NCBI GenBank assembly: GCA_046081865.1
Contig: JBJTWT010000041.1
Span: 1-49,079 of the forward strand
Length of the DNA stretch: 49,079 bases
Direction: 5' to 3'
Source of the DNA: Sphingomonadales bacterium
GTDB lineage: Bacteria; Bacteroidota; Bacteroidia; Chitinophagales; Chitinophagaceae
Both the position numbers and the translations under genes were made by a program. This document shows positions 46,353 to 49,079 of the stretch, in pieces (position 1 is the stretch's first letter; each line of letters starts with the position of its first letter). Below the pieces are notes generated by a model. That model ran no database searches. It saw only the letters and a list, made by a program, of their open reading frames with translations, and was not told where the DNA came from.

Positions 46353-49079
46353 ATGCGATTCAATCGTGCAGCTTCTTATTGCCTTTTTTTACTTTTTGTT
46401 TTGTGTGGAAACGTAAAATCTAGTGCTCAAGTTTGCAACTATTCTCAAATTCCCACCAATTTGATAACTGGGTTGGTCGCCTATTACCCCTTTTGCGGCA
46501 ATGCAAATGATATTAGTGGCAATAATTATAATGGAGCAATTGTTGGTGGCTCTGTTCCGTTTGTAATTGATAGGTTTAATAACAGCAGTTCAGCTGCCCA
46601 ACTGGGAAGTGGGGCTATTACGGCGAGTAGTTCTGTTTTTAATTTTTCGCGCACGGCATCTTTTACAGTTTCTTTTTGGTTTACAAAAGAGACTGCTGCA
46701 AATGGCGGTCGCCTTATATCCACAGAATGCCCTGAGGGAAATTTTAGAGTAGCAGCATACAACGGTGGTCAATATGCTGTTCAGTATGGAGACTATATCA
46801 CTGACGTAGTTGTATTAAACGAATGGACCCATTTGTCTTATACATATGCAAATCGGGTAGAAAAAGTTTATATAAACGGGGTTTTAAAATACACTAATAA
46901 TGACGCCTCTACAGAATCTTTAAACTATTGCAGTCCTTTTACCATCGGAGCTAAGGCAAGTAACACCTCTGCTGATAGGTGGGTTGGTAAAATAGACGAT
47001 CTGTTAGTTCATAGCAGGGCCCTGTCGGATTGTGAAGTTAACCAGCTGTTCACTGCAACTGCTTCTGCCATTCCGGCCCTTTATCCTCCGAATACTGTAA
47101 GCACTGCTTCTTCGACACCAACGTTGTGCATTAACAATACACTCACAAGCATTACCCACACAACTACGGGCGCTACGGGTATTGGAACGGCAACTGGACT
47201 ACCAACCGGATTAAATGCTACCTGGTCTAGTAATACAATCACCATTAGTGGTACGCCTACACAAGCCGGAACGTTCACTTACACTATTCCTCTTACCGGT
47301 GGTTGTGGAAATGTAAGTGCTGCAGGTGCAATTACTGTTACCGCCGCTCCCAGTGCGGGTACACTCTCTGGAACACAACAGGTTTGTTTAACGGAAAGTT
47401 GGACCCTGGAGTCAACCACTGTTCGGTCGATGACAGCAGGTTGGGCCATAACACTTCAATCAACTGATCCCAATAAACTTTATAAGGTCGAGGTTAGTGG
47501 CACTTGGGGTATTGCAAATAACAATTTACATAGAGATGCCGCTTATGATTGCGGAAGCAGTAACACAATTGGAGTGACAGGCACTCCCCTAGCTAACCGT
47601 GGGTGTGATGCTAACTGGTCTTTAAATGGAAGCTGTCCACCTCCTGTTCCTAATTTACCTGCCGGCTATTCAACCAACAACACGTATACCTATATCTTGT
47701 GGAGTGGGACTACGAGCGGGACTTCTGTCTCTTTTTCAGATGGCAGCTATGGAGACAACAATGGTTCACTGACTTTTAAGTTGTATAGCATGCCAGCGAA
47801 CAATACAACAACATTTAGTTCATCAGTATCGGGGGGAAGCTGGAGCTCATCCGCTCCGCTAATTGCTGCTATACATCCCACAACTGGCGTAACTATGCCG
47901 CTCGCAGCTGGTGTAACTACTATGACCTATACAGTGGCTGGTACGGGAGGCTGTGTTAGTGCTACTGCTACTAGGGTCCTTACTGTTTCAGCGCAGGCAT
48001 CTGCAGGAACAATAACCGGAAGCCAGTCTATCTGCGGAGGGAGTTCCTCTACTTTCACTTCTACCGTTTCTGGTGGCACGTGGTCAACCACAAATGCTTC
48101 TATTGCTAATGTAACTTCCGCTGGTGTTGTAACCGGTGGCACAGCAGGCACGGCCACCATCACCTATACCGTAGCCGGAGCGGGTGGCTGTTCGGATGCT
48201 ATTGCACAATTGGCAGTTACTGTTACCGCTCCTCCCAATGCGGGCACCATAACAGGGACATCGGCCCTTTGTGTAGGAAGTGTCACCACCTTAACTTCTA
48301 CAGTAAGCGGAGGCACTTGGACTTCTACCTCTATTAATATTGCTCCAATAAGTAGTGCGGGTGTGGTTACGGGCACCGCTACCCAGACCATTATTTTTTC
48401 TGAAAATATGGGTGTGCCCGCTACTACCACCTCTATAAATACGTATACAGGATGGCAAAATGCCGGAACACTTGTTTTTTCTGACGGTCAACAAGCGACA
48501 CCGGCCGATGTGAGAATAACTAGTCCCTCTGCCGGTTACACCAATGCATCTGGTGGAGGTAATGTTTTTTTTACCACTGCTTCTACCAATGCAGGGGGTT
48601 TTTCTATTGAGAGCATCAATGCGTCTTCTTTTAGAAATATGACCCTCAATTTTGCGTATAGAAAAGAAAGCGCAACCGCTTTTGCTGACTTTGCTGTTGA
48701 TTACTGGAATGGCACGGCTTGGGTCAATTTGGGTAACACTTCGGCTGCTCTTTTTAACGAAACTGCCACTGCTGCAACAGGGTGGTATTCTGCCAAGACG
48801 ATATCGCTGCCTGCCGCAGCGCAGATCAATGAATTAAAATTTCGCTTTATTCGCAATACAGGTGCTAATGTCGCAATAAGGATCGATGATGTGGTGCTTT
48901 CGGGTACTCCTATCACAGGTACTGCCACCATCACTTACACCGTTAACGGAACTGGTGGCTGCCCAAATGCATCTTACTTTGTAATAAATGTTACGGCTCC
49001 TCCCATTTCAGGTACTATAACTGGTACTGCTGCTCTTTGTGTAGGAAATGTTACTACTTTAGCCTCTACTGCCAGCGGA
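46353..49079 (+). CDS. 3'-truncated large secreted surface protein: LamG-like domain, Ig-like repeats and inserted lectin-like domains (not in the supplied ORF track)
   Basis: Manual translation of most of frame +3 from ATG 46353 showed no stop, and the frame is still in register at the window end. It has a signal peptide, [17 protein letters not shown]…WTHL…YINGV…IGA…GKIDDL…RALS (LamG-like), GLPTGL…ISGTPT, and repeats AGTI.G...C.G....[10 protein letters not shown]…GVVTG…ITYTV.G.GGC. Confidence 0.85.
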   Translation, partial: MRFNRAASYCLFLLFVLCGNVKSSAQVCNYSQIPTNLITGLVAYYPFCGNANDISGNNYNGAIVGGSVPFVIDRFNNSSSAAQLGSGAITASSSVFNFSRTASFTVSFWFTKETAANGGRLISTECPEGNFRVAAYNGGQYAVQYGDYITDVVVLNEWTHLSYTYANRVEKVYINGVLKYTNNDASTESLNYCSPFTIGAKASNTSADRWVGKIDDLLVHSRALSDCEVNQLFTATASAIPALYPPNTVSTASSTPTLCINNTLTSITHTTTGATGIGTATGLPTGLNATWSSNTITISGTPTQAGTFTYTIPLTGGCGNVSAAGAITVTAAPSAGTLSGTQQVCLTESWTLESTTVRSMTAGWAITLQSTDPNKLYKVEVSGTWGIANNNLHRDAAYDCGSSNTIGVTGTPLANRGCDANWSLNGSCPPPVPNLPAGYSTNNTYTYILWSGTTSGTSVSFSDGSYGDNNGSLTFKLYSMPANNTTTFSSSVSGGSWSSSAPLIAAIHPTTGVTMPLAAGVTTMTYTVAGTGGCVSATATRVLTVSAQASAGTITGSQSICGGSSSTFTSTVSGGTWSTTNASIANVTSAGVVTGGTAGTATITYTVAGAGGCSDAIAQLAVTVTAPPNAGTITGTSALCVGSVTTLTSTVSGGTWTSTSINIAPISSAGVVTGTATQTIIFSENMGVPATTTSINTYTGWQNAGTLVFSDGQQATPADVRITSPSAGYTNASGGGNVFFTTASTNAGGFSIESINASSFRNMTLNFAYRKESATAFADFAVDYWNGTAWVNLGNTSAALFNETATAATGWYSAKTISLPAAAQINELKFRFIRNTGANVAIRIDDVVLSGTPITGTATITYTVNGTGGCPNASYFVINVTAPPISGTITGTAALCVGNVTTLASTASG

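Noticed and set aside
46526-48934. Small minus-strand ORFs listed at the window end
   Set aside because: Antisense shadows of the long plus-strand ORF starting at 46353.

Overview
Compact, gene-dense chromosomal segment. Its gene set (T9SS-type C-terminal domain, gldF/gldG, MurF-Alr fusion, IleRS2) and TAnnTTTG promoter elements indicate Bacteroidota; Chitinophagaceae-like is an inference. Most of the window is housekeeping: ruvB, a RecQ helicase, a P1B ATPase, tsaE, ald, lpxA, ileS, a DksA-family gene, acpP-fabF-rnc, mce, iscSUA, gldFG, a TerC gene, murF-alr, lspA, fumC, gltX, tatD and a yefM-yoeB toxin-antitoxin pair. Two truncated large surface-protein genes sit at the ends; the right-hand one (46353..>49079) is absent from the supplied ORF track. 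The best candidate for an undescribed system is the operon at 12070-15138: two c-type cytochrome lipoproteins (one with an atypical CX4CH site), a membrane-anchored OB-fold protein, a YceI protein and a DUF5777-like outer-membrane beta-barrel. A third lipoprotein with the same heme domain on a SprB-like stalk lies at 45303-46169. Other notable signals are lectin-like domains nested inside Ig-like repeats in both terminal proteins, a three-site 12-bp-phased TA operator, a GIHH-type IleRS, a histone-like tail on a one-Cys DksA, and several probably leaderless genes. No tRNA, rRNA, CRISPR array, integrase or transposase was recognised. All family calls come from reading motifs; no searches were run.
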